Below are positions 24,697-37,594 of a stretch of DNA of 49,906 nt, one piece after another. Both the position numbers and the translations under genes were made by a program. Under the pieces are notes generated by a model. The model made no database searches. It was not told the DNA's origin and was given only the letters and a program-made list of their open reading frames with translations. Position 1 is the stretch's first letter, and each line of letters begins with the position of its first letter. The stretch comes from Octopus bimaculoides (Eukaryota). The stretch spans positions 24,432,778-24,482,683 of the forward strand of contig NC_068997.1 in assembly GCF_001194135.2 (NCBI RefSeq). The letters run 5' to 3'.

Positions 24697-24875
24697 CACA
24701 CACGTTTGTACACTTGTTCATTAATATTATTTAATAGGTCTTCTAGGAAAGCTCACATGCATACGCATCATCTTTGCAAACCCGCAAATTCACACAACAA
24801 TATTCATAAAGATTTAAATACGGCATGTGCATCACGCTGCTTTAATGTATAAGTGTGTATGCATAGAAAAGTCTA

Positions 24876-25210
24876 TGTGCGGTAAGAAGCTTGCTTCCCA
24901 ACCACAAGGTTATGGGTTCAGTCCCACTGCGGGGCACCTTCGGCAAGTGCCCTCTACTATACTCTTTGACCAAAGCCTTGTGAGTGGATTTTGGTAGACG
25001 GAAACTGAAAGAAGCCCGTCGTATATATGTATGTGTGTGTGTGTGTATGTGTGTGTATGTGTATGTGTGTGTGTGTATGTGTGTGTGTGTGTCCTTTCGC
25101 CATCGCTTGACAACCGATACTGGTGTGTTATGTCCTTGTAACATAGCGGCCTGACAAAAGAACCGATAGAATAAGTACTAGGCTTACAAAGAATAAGTCC
25201 TTGGATCGAT
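24876..25210 (+). mobile_element. SINE family A, near full-length (3' end lost in microsatellite and gap)
   Basis: ggtaagaagcttgcttcccaaccacaaggttatgggttcagtcccactgc (B-box-like GGTTCAGTCCC), the ccaaagccttgtgagtggattt core, an internal TG tract and the tail gatagaataagtactaggcttacaaagaataagtcc. Confidence 0.92.
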
Positions 25211-25524
25211 ACACACACACACGCACGCACACACACATGTATATATANNNNNNNNNNNNNNNNNNNNNNNNNNNNNNNNNNNNNNNNNNNNNNNNNNNNN
25301 NNNNNNNNNNNNNNNNNNNNNNNNNNNNNNNNNNNNNNNNNNNNNNNNNNNNNNNNNNNNNNNNNNNNNNNNNNNNNNNNNNNNNNNNNNNNNNNNNNNN
25401 NNNNNNNNNNNNNNNNNNNNNNNNNNNNNNNNNNNNNNNNNNNNNNNNNNNNNNNNNNNNNNNNNNNNNNNNNNNNNNNNNNNNNNNNNNNNNNNNNNNN
25501 NNNNNNNNNNNNNNNNNNNNNNNN

Positions 25525-25651
25525 AGTGGTGGTGTGGTAAGAACGTTGTTTCCCAACTACAGAGTTCTGGATTGAGTCCCAGTGTGTGGCACCTTGGCAA
25601 ACGTCTTCTACTGTCGCTTCGTACTGAACAAAGTCATGTGAGTGGATTTGG
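25525..25651 (+). mobile_element. SINE family A, 5' head only
   Basis: tgtggtaagaacgttgtttcccaac...gagtcccagtgtgtggcaccttggcaaacgtcttctact...tgtgagtggatttgg. Confidence 0.8.
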
Positions 25652-25971
25652 ACAAGGATCAAAACAGTCAAGGATGGTACACCGAACAGCAAAGTGAATC
25701 TTTGATGCGGTTAGAAATAGCAACAGGATGCCTAGTGAAAATGTGACACAGCCAAAAGAATTTAAGAAATAAAATGAAGATTGAACGATTGAACAAGTAG
25801 AGTGTGAATGTGATGTATAGAGAGTTGACCAGAAAGATGGAAAGAAAAGATAAAATCAGTTCCTGAAGGTGACTAAGAAAAAGTGATGTGAAAGGAAGCG
25901 CAAAAGCATTGATTTGCAGCGCTCAGGTAGAAGGTTTGAGAACTAATTTCACTAAGTTCCTGTTAGGAACT
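25651..25971 (+). mobile_element. Decayed R4/Dong-type (restriction-like endonuclease) non-LTR retrotransposon fragment, region between RT and the CCHC knuckle
   Basis: With two frameshifts it reads QNSQGWYTEQQSESL/AVRNSNRMPSENVTQPKEFK/RNKMKIERLNK*SVNVMYRELTRKMERKDKISS*R*LRKSDVKGSAKALICSAQVEGLRTNFTKF. This matches the recalled family pattern W.WLRKSDLK.ETEALICAAQEQALRTNY.K. The stops fall at expected Trp positions (TGG to TAG/TGA). Confidence 0.8.
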
Positions 25972-26165
25972 TATGCACTGGAGTCAATTTAATCGGCTTA
26001 ATCCCTTTGTCTGTACTTGTTTGTCCCCTCCATGTTTTGCCCGGACAAAATGGTTAGCGGCATTTCGTCCACCCTTACGTTCTGAGTTCAAATTCCGCCG
26101 AGGTCGACTTAGCCCTTCATCCCTTTCGGGGTCGGTAAAACGAATATCAGTGGATATCAGTGAAT
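25972..26165 (+). mobile_element. SINE family B: a 3' fragment (25972-26035) followed by a 5' part (26036-26165)
   Basis: gcactggagtcaatttaatcggcttaatccctttgtctgtacttgtttgtcccctc precedes ttagcggcatttcgtcc...ttctgagttcaaattccgccgaggtcgacttagcccttcatccctttcggggtcgg. Confidence 0.85.
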
Positions 26166-27023
26166 TGAAACCAAACAAATACAATAAAATCATTAAAAAT
26201 ATTTTTTTAAGATAACAAATTAAAACAATAAAAAACTAATTACGCCACACAATAATTAAACAATTATATGAACGCACGTGTTTCACCCTCTGTAGCAAAA
26301 GCCATGCAGATGTTGTGAGTTCATCAGAAAGGATAATACTGATTGGTTTATTTCTTACATTTCGTTTTTAGTATTACGTCTTTTGGGGATTTTCTTTATT
26401 TTTTTATTATTAATATATATTTTTTGTGTGTGTTTTATCTTAATTTACGTGAGATTCAGCATATTTTCTTTTGCAGCTTATTTCTCGGTGTTTTCCCATT
26501 CTGATTGCGCATACTTCTTCTATTATATGCATGAATGACAATCCACCATCTCTAGTTGTTTTGGCGGCAACTGGTTCTTCTTTTAATATTATAACCAAAA
26601 AACATTGCAATGTATGTTGTATTCGATTCGCTACCGATTGCCATATATCTGCCACATTGGTATATATTTATATATATATATATATACACACACATATATG
26701 TATACATATATACATATGCATGTGTACTCATACATATATAGAGATAAATATAGATTTAGATTTATGCATACATGCATGTATTTATGCGTGCATATGTGTG
26801 TGTGTATTTCTGCTTGTGTTATACATAAGCTTGTATGCATATTACTTCTTGTCTTGAATTTGAAATTAATAATTTCTATGTTTACATATATGTCGGCACC
26901 GGAATTATGTCTCCTTGATTACACTTTAATATTGGTGTATTAAACGTTGCCCTTACGACAAGAAAGACATTAGTTATCCTTGTTATCCTAATCCTAATCC
27001 TTATTATCAATCCTTATTATTAA

Positions 27024-27075
<52 letters not shown>

Positions 27076-27149
27076 TAGTTGCTGTTGTTGATTTGTTTAA
27101 TACAAAATGTTCCGTGTCTCACCCTAGAACCTCAAGTGACAGGGCTCTG

Positions 27150-27240
27150 CTTCTTCTTCTTCTTTTTCTTCTTCTTCTTCTTCTTCTTCTTCTTCTTCTT
27201 CTTCTTCTTCTTCTTCTTCTTCTTCTTCTTCTTCTTCTTC
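27150..27240. repeat. (TTC)n microsatellite
   Basis: Near-perfect run. Confidence 0.95.
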
Positions 27241-27494
27241 CTTTTCTTGCATTTTGTTGATGTTTCCCTAAACTATTTTTTTCTTTTCTTTTGGACGCCA
27301 AATTATAACAGTACCGTAGATTTTTAATTAACTTGGATGGTTTCATAAATAATACTGCTTCCATATATTAATATTCTTTGCGAGGGAGAAACACTTGCCT
27401 TCATTTTGTTTTTATTGTTGTTGTAATTTATCTCATTTTTCCTTTTTTGACATATTGTTTAATTCACACATACAACATTTATCTTCTGTTGTTT

Positions 27495-27733
27495 TATTTT
27501 TTTTGAGTCATTGGATTGGTGCCATACTGGGACACCAATTTGAAGAGTTGTAGTCAACCTAATGCTCCTAATACTCAGTTTTTAGTTTATTTCTTAGTCT
27601 ATCGAAGTTATTTATCGACCCACAAAATTACGGGTGCACTGGTTGCAACGCAGTGGACAAACACTAACGCAAAGTCACACACACGCGCGCACTGCACACA
27701 CTGCACGCACTGCGGATAGATAGATAGATAGAG

Positions 27734-27764
<31 letters not shown>

Positions 27765-27765
27765 C

Positions 27766-27847
<82 letters not shown>

Positions 27848-27990
27848 GACTGTCTCCCGCACAGCTTCCGTTTAACACAGTTACTGTCAAAGCATTGGTC
27901 GATCCAGTGTTACAAGAAAAGACACTTGGTGCCATGCATTGGGATTGAAATCGAAACGGCATGGCTGCAAAGCGAGTTTCTTAATAGCAT
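27495..27990 (-). mobile_element. SINE family A, full-length but degenerate, with internal (GATA)n expansion
   Basis: Head on minus at 27845-27990 (aagaaactcgctttgcagccatg...caatcccaatgcatggcaccaagtgtctt), tail at 27495-27670 (agtcattggattggtgccatactgggacacc) and (GATA)n at 27716-27847 between them. Confidence 0.7.
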
Positions 27991-28240
27991 AAAAACCACT
28001 ATTGTCAAAGCAACCAATATTACAAAAAGCGTTATTGATCACAAGATTCCATTTGCAAAACAAGATATATAATATAAAGATGTTTGTAAAACGTTTAAAT
28101 GTGTACATGCATAAAATAAACAGCATGAAACCCGTATGCAATAGATATGAAGACTAATTTAGTATAAAAACGAGCAGAGATAAATAAAAATAAGAGTAAC
28201 CCATCCGTATCGAAGCGGAGAATTATGACCAGTACATTGC

Positions 28241-28290
28241 AAGGTACCACAGGGAACCGCAAAGTACCACAAGGTAACACAAGGCACCAT
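28241..28290. repeat. 10-bp minisatellite, 5 degenerate units (aaggtaccac)
   Basis: aaggtaccac agggaaccgc aaagtaccac aaggtaacac aaggcaccat. Confidence 0.8.
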
Positions 28291-29701
28291 GATCTCCTTT
28301 CACTGCAACTACCTTTTGCAAATGGCTACCCTTTATTAGTCTCTGTTTTTTTTTTACATCATTATTCTGTGTAAGAATGGAGATAGCAATGTTCCATGAG
28401 ACATTAGCTTTGTCTTGTGATAGAGGAGAAGACTTCCTTAGAATTTCAGTTGTCAATCACTGGTGACGGCATCGTGGTCAACGGGCTTTTAGATCTTTCC
28501 TCTCCGGCCATTCCTGAATATTCAACATGTGATACTCTGAAAACAGCAGTACCCTCAGTCATGTTTGTTTCCTAAGAGATCATGATATTGCAGTTGGTGA
28601 TATGTTTGCTCCCTTGGACTCTCCCTCTCATTTCTTCTAACATACTGATTCTTGGTTTTACATTTACACAAGTAACAAGTGGACCATCTCCCCTGTAGCA
28701 TCAGCCTAACCTTTACTCTACACCCTTCCTAGTGTCAAATCTCATGATCTTCTTTTTGTCTCCATGGAGCAATAGATCTAGTGTTCGCACAGACTTTACT
28801 CGATCATGTGTCAATGCAAATTACCAGAGTGATTAACTGTGTGAGAATGATGACAGTCGACATCCTTACCACTATTTTTAGCCAATTATCCTAATGTTTC
28901 TTAAATACATGCGCTTTCGGTCAAGCCTTTCAAAAAGCCTTTGGACAAACGGATAACAAACCACCTCTATTTATCTCCACTACTTGTTTTCTGACTAAAT
29001 AAATAAAGCTCACATTTTCATTTGTCCTGCCCTAAACTATGGAGCATACATATTATCGTACATAGGTTAGAACCTATAGGAAAGTTGTATTTGAATGTAT
29101 ATGGAAACAATGCTTTCTTTTATCTTGTAAACGGTGTTATATCACCTACTCGTATTTCCTATTAAAAGTTCGTCGAGCAAGGAGGCACTATCGTTCGTGA
29201 CGAAATTTATCTACTAACTCTCCTTTGAATTATAAATCTTGCAAATAATGTGATGCTATTTTTGGCAGCGATGCTGTCGTTTTCCCTACCACTATTTCTT
29301 ATTGATTTAGTGGTTTCAACAATATTCTCTATCTTTTCAATCATTTTATTGCGGCCATGCTGGTGAACAACTACGAATACACATACATACATACATATAC
29401 ATATACATATANNNNNNNNNNNNNNNNNNNNNNNNNNNNNNNNNNNNNNNNNNNNNNNNNNNNNNNNNNNNNNNNNNNNNNNNNNNNNNNNNNNNNNNNN
29501 NNNNNNNNNNNNNNNNNNNNNNNNNNNNNNNNNNNNNNNNNNNNNNNNNNNNNNNNNNNNNNNNNNNNNNNNNNNNNNNNNNNNNNNNNNNNNNNNNNNN
29601 NNNNNNNNNNNNNNNNNNNNNNNNNNNNNNNNNNNNNNNNNNNNNNNNNNNNNNNNNNNNNNNNNNNNNNNNNNNNNNNNNNNNNNNNNNNNNNNNNNNN
29701 N

Positions 29702-29737
<36 letters not shown>

Positions 29738-29962
29738 AGTATGTTATATATAATATATCATGTATATAGGCGTATGTATATATGAATGTGTGGATATATA
29801 AATATATATGAATGTATGCATATATGTATGTATTCATATCAGAGTACAAATATCGTTGAGTGTGTGCCTATATAAATACACCGGAAAATGATAAGTATAG
29901 TTAGATATACTGATAGCTAGCTAGCTAGATAGATAGATAGATATATACATATATATATATAT

Positions 29963-30023
<61 letters not shown>

Positions 30024-30191
30024 GTTAGAGAGTGAGACAGAGAGACAGAGAGAATGAGAGACAAAGTGGGAAAGAAAGCACAAACCAGTAAAATTAAAAC
30101 AAACAATTGTTACACATACATAGAAAACACATACGCCTACACAATCATGCACATAAGCTTTCATATAAACATATAAACGCACATATCTATC

Positions 30192-30238
<47 letters not shown>

Positions 30239-31228
30239 TTATGCAGATAACATATAAACATACCAAAGCGTATATATTCAAAAATATATACATACATATC
30301 AACATACAACATATATATGTTTTCATACATTCATACCTATCCACCTTCATACATACATACATACATACATACATACTTACATACATACATACATACCTAC
30401 ATACCTACATACATATGTACATACATACATGCACGCATACATACATACCAACATACATATAAATATCTCACTAACAAAAAAAAAAAGAAAATATTATCGA
30501 ATCCTTTATTCAGTTCTATGTGTATTCCTGTGTATATTTATGCGTACGTGAGGTTTTATATATGAATGGCAATGTATGTGTGTGTACAATGGTGTCCAAG
30601 TAATTATGTGTATAGGAGTGTGTGCTTATGCGAGTATACATCACTGTATGCGTACATTTGAATTTTATTTTTTATGTATAGGAAAACCTCTTCCAAAGAA
30701 TAATTGAATACCCTAGGTGATTCGAGAAGAAAAAAAATGGAGGCAAACAGCAAAAAAAATATCATTTATCACTGCGAGACTGCTTTCGCCATATTTAATT
30801 TTTCGCTGAGTTTTTGTATTCTTCGAAAACGATGTCTTTAAGCTACACCTCAGGAATCCAGGACAACGGAATAATACACATGAGAGGAAGAAATAAAGAA
30901 ATACACAAGAAATATATAAAAATAAAATGAAAGAAAAACACGTAAGAGTATAAAAATATCTCATCAAAAAACTAAACGTTATAGTAAATATAAAAAATTC
31001 TGTTTCATATATATGCATACATACATACACACATCCCTATATACAGATATACAGCTACATACATATATAAATATATATATATATATATATAGATGCTCGT
31101 AGATTTTGTATTTATATACATATGTACACACACGTAAAAACACACACACATATATGCACATGCGCATGAACTCACAAATCGCATACGCATATATATGCAC
31201 AGCAGACACAAGGACATACACGCACTTG

Positions 31229-31314
<86 letters not shown>

Positions 31315-31654
31315 TACTTTCATACACAGGACTCACATATTTATATATTAACACGTAAGTTCACAGATGCATAATAGCAACGAAATTTCGTTCATTAGGC
31401 TACCCCGTCGTTAAGATCCGATCAACTTTAAAACAAAACAAAAAAACAAAAACATAATATATAAACATATGAAATATAATAATATATAAAGTATATAAAT
31501 TATACAATAAAATAATAACAATAACAATAACAACAACGACATAGAATGATTGAAAGAATTGTTGGAATAATGAGGAGAGAAATATTGGCTTGATGCTGTT
31601 TGGTGAAGTTGTGGTGCTGTTGTGTGGAATTGGTAAACCGGAAGTTGATAGTTT

Positions 31655-31966
31655 CCTTCTTCTTCTTCTTCTTCTTCTTCTTCTTCTTCTTCTTCTTCTT
31701 CTTCTTCTTCTTCTTCTTCTTCTTCTTCTTCTTCTTCTTCTTCTTCTTCTTCTTCTTCTTCTTCCTGTTCTTCTTCATCTATTCTCATAGTTTTTTTTCC
31801 TTTTTTTTCTCCTACGACTTACTACTCCATCGTTGTTTTATCATTATCGTCATCGTCGTCATCGTCGTCGTCGTCGTCCTAATCATCATCACTATCACCG
31901 TAATCACCACCAACACCTTGCTTTTCTCCTGTGTCATCGTCATCTTTATCTCCTCTTCCTCCTCAA

Positions 31967-32023
<57 letters not shown>

Positions 32024-32034
32024 GCTGCTGCTGT

Positions 32035-32067
<33 letters not shown>

Positions 32068-32114
32068 GACGACGACGACGNNNNNNNNNNNNNNNNNNNN
32101 NNNNNNNNNNNNNN

Positions 32115-32181
<67 letters not shown>
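31655..32181. repeat. (TTC)n, (CGT/CAT)n and (TAC)n microsatellite cluster
   Basis: Directly visible runs, with one small gap inside. Confidence 0.95.
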
Positions 32182-32183
<2 letters not shown>

Positions 32184-33120
32184 ATCTTTTTCGCCTTTCT
32201 ACTCCTCCTTCTTCCCCTTCTACTTCCGGTAATGACGACGCAATCAATGACTATAATGATGATGATGATGTAGAAGAGGAACTACAAGCAAAAAATATTT
32301 CTAAAGTCTTTCTAAATCTTTATTCTATTCTCTCACTCAGTCATGTAATCATTCATTCTTTCTTTCGTTCGTTTGTTCCTGTATTTTAATCAGGCATACT
32401 GTCTTTACTCTCTTCTATACTTCCTTACAGATTTTTAAGAACACTTTTTGTCCTTCATGTCAGTTTTTCTTTTTTTTTTTTTGCTTTCTTTCTCAATTGT
32501 TCCGTTTAGTTTAACAGTTATTATTTTTTTTGTTTTTTCTTTTTATCTCGGATTAAATATATATTGAGACCTCTTCTGCCCAGTAATATAACGGAGGGCT
32601 ATCGTAGAGACTGTTGTGATAAATAGCTGTCTGAACTATTGTAGGTTGATGTGATCAACAAAAACTTTGAAGACTGTCTCCCTGCATGACCACAGTTCAC
32701 TGGCCGAGAACAGAAAAAATGCACACACGCATGCGCATTCACACACACACAAATACACACACACACATCAACAAACATTCTCCTACTATTCAAACACACA
32801 ATTATCTCTCAAACTTACTGCAAGCCAATAATATTTTTTGTCTACTGGCTCTTCTCTCCTATCACTTTTTCCACGTTTCTCTTACTCTCTTGACTTTCAG
32901 TGCTATATCGGACTGGGAGCTATGCCCCGAAATGTCGTACTTCTACTCTTAATTATCAGTTTATAGCACCTTATAGCTTTTCTCTTCGAGCCTCAATTCA
33001 ACGAAATAATAATATTCTTTCAAGACGCATCTTGAAAAATCTATTGTTTCTGTATTTGCATTCATCCATTCTTATTATTCGTTTGTGTGTATGAACTTGT
33101 GTGTATATATAAATATATAT

Positions 33121-33630
33121 AATACAAAATGGGACAAAAACGCAAAACGTCCGGACAGTTACATGATACAACAATGAGACAACAAAACATCCAGAAAGAC
33201 GATACAAAGAAAACAAGGACGGGTCACTCGAAGTTTTCTTTCCTCAGTCGAATACCAGATTATCTTCGCAGTTTCGGCTGATTATACTCGAGATTGCTCC
33301 GATCTGGCCAGCCCCAAGAATAAAACTAAGCTAGGAGCATTAGATTCCTTGGAAGAAATCAGCGAATGTATACAAAAACAAGTACGGAAAAAAAAAACGG
33401 ACAATGTTATACAAATACAATAGAAATAATAACAGGACATAACAGCAGGTGTCTTTCGACTAAGGACAAATTAAATTAAGCTGGCGTGTGCGGAAATAAA
33501 GCCTTATGGCAGGNNNNNNNNNNCTTTCGACTAAGGACAAATTAAATTAAGCTGGCGTGTGCGGAAATAAAGCCTTATGGCAGGGATACAAGATTTCACA
33601 GGCACAAGGAAGAATATCGATGTTGCACGT
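33121..33630 (+). mobile_element. Unclassified dispersed repeat (family D), flanked by TA repeats
   Basis: aatacaaaatgggacaaaaacgcaaaacgtcc...gacgatacaaagaaaacaaggacgggtca is homologous to 13465-13555 (minus). Both ends run into (TA)n. Confidence 0.7.
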
Positions 33631-33649
33631 ATATATATATATATATATA

Positions 33650-33812
33650 TACGACGGGATTCTTTCAGTTTCCGTCTACCAAAATCCACTGACAAGGCTT
33701 TAGTCGGCCCGAGACTACAGTAGAAGACATTTGCCCAAAGTACCACGCAGTGGGGCTGAATCCGGAACCATGTGATGTGGTATACAAGCAAGCTTCTTAA
33801 CACACGGCCATA
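33650..33812 (-). mobile_element. SINE family A, 5' half
   Basis: tatacgacgggattctttcagtttccgtctaccaaaatccactgacaaggctttagtcggccc...cagtggggctgaatccggaaccatgtg...aagcaagcttctta. Confidence 0.9.
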
Positions 33813-35748
33813 TTTCTGATAAATATTCTCTACCTCGATGAATTTATCGTATACGTGTACAACATAGGAAATACAACCAGTTCAACTGAAGCAACTTCGA
33901 TGGAGGTGTTATATAGATATATGTGAGTATGTGTGAATGAGTATGCGTGTGTGCGTATGCGTGCGTGTGTATTTGTCTATACACAGAAGAATAAAACAGC
34001 AAAGACTATATTTACACAACAAATATATTCTATGTAATCGTAAATGCTTGAGTGGTTCCACTTGGCTGGATATTACGTTATTATTATCATCAGCACTTTC
34101 CATGTCGATCAATCCGGCCTCAGCTTAATGACAAGTACAAAATTTAGAGACGTTGTATTTATTATAATTGTTGTTGATTAACTCCTGATCAGCTCCGTTT
34201 TAGGTTGCAGCACATCTGTGACCATGTGGGGTAAATTAACGCATTTGATATTTAGGTCCTCAATTAGCTGATGTATTATTCCATTTATAAAATGACCGAA
34301 TGTGATTCGCACGTGATTTGACTACTCGTTCTAGAAGGTCGAATGACGGCATACAGGCATCATTGGTTCGAATTTGCAAATTTAAAGTATTGCTGATGAT
34401 TATATATAATATAATCATAGTAAGGTCTAGTCCTTGACTTTCAGCAAACTTAACGCCCTCTTTCCCTTCCCTTTCAACTAACCACAATTATCTTATATGT
34501 TAACCCTATAACACCTATTGTTAGAAATTCTTAAACCTTCAAACACTGAGGAAACTGCAAAATTGAAAGCTTAAGCAAATCTTAAAGTCATTACGCTTGA
34601 TCAATATTAGAGCAGGCAAGCATTTATGATATCTAAGACACTTGTTCACCGATCCTATTCCAAACACACGCAAACACGTCCCTATACACATACACACACA
34701 CATACGCATACGTATGTGCATATATATATATATATATATATATACCTGCATACATACATACCTGCATACATACATACGTACATACATACATATATGCATA
34801 CATACATACCTACATATACACAAGCACGCACGTAGAATAATCTTGAATTTAACATTCCTTGACATAATAAAACACACTTCACTAAATCATATATACACAC
34901 AATCAAATTCTATGCACAATATATAACCTTATGCTCCATTCATTTCAACTTCACAGCTACACATATCTAAACATGCTCACAGAACATGCTATTGCATAAT
35001 TCCCTTCACACGCACGTAGAATATATTCTTGTACTTATCAACCTTGGCTTCATAAAATATACGCATGCGCACCGAAACTTGCACAAAAACATGAAAGATT
35101 TCCTTCATTATTTCTGTTGACTGAAGAACTCTCTTTTACTCAGAAAATCCATTCCGTCCTGAACAAATCCTTCGTTTTAATTTTAATCTGCATCTTTCAT
35201 TAGAAAAGCATAATTACCACAGAACATTATGCTCATTTTCTTTCTTCTCCCTAATGGTCTTTTACGTAATATGTAGTATACTTGTATGTATAGATGTGTG
35301 TATGTGTGTGCGCGCTGTATCTGAGTGCCTGTAATTTTGTGTGCATATTTATGCACGTTAGTGCATACAGATGTATACGTATGCGTATATATGTGCTAGC
35401 CTATATAGAAAGTTTAACAATACACATGTATGCGGAATAAACATATATTTAGCCTCGCTGTTAAAATAGAACATTTTCTTATATTAATTCGCATGTTCTC
35501 AGCAATGCCATTACATGCATGTGCAAATTAGTTTCGTTTTTATTATTCATGCTCGTCAGTCACTGAGACAACGATGTGATACTTCACATGGCACATTTAA
35601 ACAAGATCAGATGATATACACATGTATGTACAGATACATAAACTTGCAAAGTTAGTCACCTGCTTTACATTAATAAAATACCTACACAGTGCACAGAAAG
35701 GTTAAATAGATGTTTATTTAACATTTGACTGCAACTCAGTTTCCAAAT

Positions 35749-35812
35749 TATAGCTTCATCGGATTCTCGAATATGAAATGCACTTCGTATTCGAGGCTCC
35801 GATGAAGCTATA
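35749..35812. other. Isolated 64-nt hairpin (29-bp stem, 6-nt loop)
   Basis: tatagcttcatcggattctcgaatatgaa-atgcac-ttcgtattcgaggctccgatgaagctata gives 26 Watson-Crick pairs, 2 G.U pairs and 1 mismatch on the plus strand. Confidence 0.85.
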
Positions 35813-36557
35813 GGTGTTACTCAGGACTCAATAAGAAATCAGCTGCATTGTATTGCAGAAACAACGGTTAGCTAATGAAGTTATTAAGATAATCGTTTTT
35901 TTTTTCCTTTGTCATCTCATTTTTGTGTTGCTGCTCTGTACTCGACTAACGCTTCGCTCTGAAGTATATCTATAATCGGTTCTACACCAGGTTATTATTC
36001 TCACAATACCTAAGCGATGTATATGTGTGTGTGTGTATACATGCATATATATATACATATGCATACATATATATATACATACATATATATATANNNNNNN
36101 NNNNNNNNNNNNNNNNNNNNNNNNNNNNNNNNNNNNNNNNNNNNNNNNNNNNNNNNNNNNNNNNNNNNNNNNNNNNNNNNNNNNNNNNNNNNNNNNNNNN
36201 NNNNNNNNNNNNNNNNNNNNNNNNNNNNNNNNNNNNNNNNNNNNNNNNNNNNNNNNNNNNNNNNNNNNNNNNNNNNNNNGATATACATAGACATACTCAC
36301 ACACACACACATACATATACATATAAGCACTCAACCACACAGACGTGCAAACACACATTATTCTATATATCTGTGTGCATATATGTGTGTATATATGTGT
36401 GTGCATGCATGCTTGCATGCATGCACATGTGTAGATAAGTGTGTGTTGTGTTTGTGTGTACATGAATGTGTTTGTGCTTGTCTTTGACAGCACACTCCAT
36501 CTTATTTCACGCTTCACTTTTGCTCTTCGTGTGTAGATTTATCCTGCCTCCTCTCTT

Positions 36558-36609
<52 letters not shown>

Positions 36610-37554
36610 ACTTTATGTCTTTCTTTCTGTATGTATTTTGCTCTCAGCTGCTCTCCTCCATAACGCCATGAGAGAAATGAACGACATCGGCGCCATCATA
36701 TCATCTTATTTGGAGCTTAATATTAACAGAAAAATTTTTCCATACGGCTTGCAAATTATAAAACAACAAACAAAAAAAAACACACACACACACACACACA
36801 AATACAACTACGAAAAATTAGAAAAAAACATCAACATCAACAGCAACAACAACAGTAACAAAAATAATAACAATCAAAAGAAACAAGCTAATACGAAAAC
36901 GAAATTGAAAGTAAAAATGATAGAAAAGAAGAAATACAAATACGAAAATCCCTGAAAAAGCGATTAAATAGATTCTTGGAAATCTTAGAAACGTAGAAAT
37001 AAAAACAACAAATAAATGAAGTAAAAGATTGCAAAACCCCTAGTGGGGCTATATTATCTAAGAAAAAGGATTTGGAATCGTTGGTGGAATTAAATCGCCA
37101 TAGGAAAATCAATTTAGAAATTACTTTACGGACAAATACGTATCTAATTGCTTTCTATCTATTCATTAAGGAGCTGAAGAATATTGCATTCATTTAGATG
37201 GATTGGTTCTTATTCTGCTCCAGTCTCAAGAAAACGTAAAGCATTTTTGTCATGTGTGAATTACATGGAATTATGGGTATTCACAAGCATGTATGATAAA
37301 TGCATGTTTGTTTCTATACAGATTTTGTGATATTGTGATGGGTGAGCATACAAGTTCGTACATGTGTGTGTGTATATATGTATGTGTATATGTATGCATG
37401 TATGTATATATGTATGCATGTATTATGTATGTATGTCAACATATGCATTTAATAAAAATCATACAAATTTATCTTGCAATGCACATATTCACATATGTAC
37501 ATATACACACATAAATATATACATACACATGCAACCACACGCACGCACACATAG

Positions 37555-37594
<40 letters not shown>

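Noticed and set aside
26477-26611. Plus-strand exon-like segment (ttttcttttgcag...aat/gtatgt) reading LISRCFPILIAHTSS...
   Set aside because: The peptide is unrecognisable, and such splice-like signals are frequent by chance in AT-rich DNA.
28400-28900. Possible LINE 3' remnant
   Set aside because: The frames I translated gave no RT, endonuclease or C-terminal motif that I could support.
33225-33310. Possible hammerhead ribozyme in family D (minus strand ctgagga-aagaaaactt-cga)
   Set aside because: The required GAAA after stem II and the stem I/III pairings are not present in this copy.
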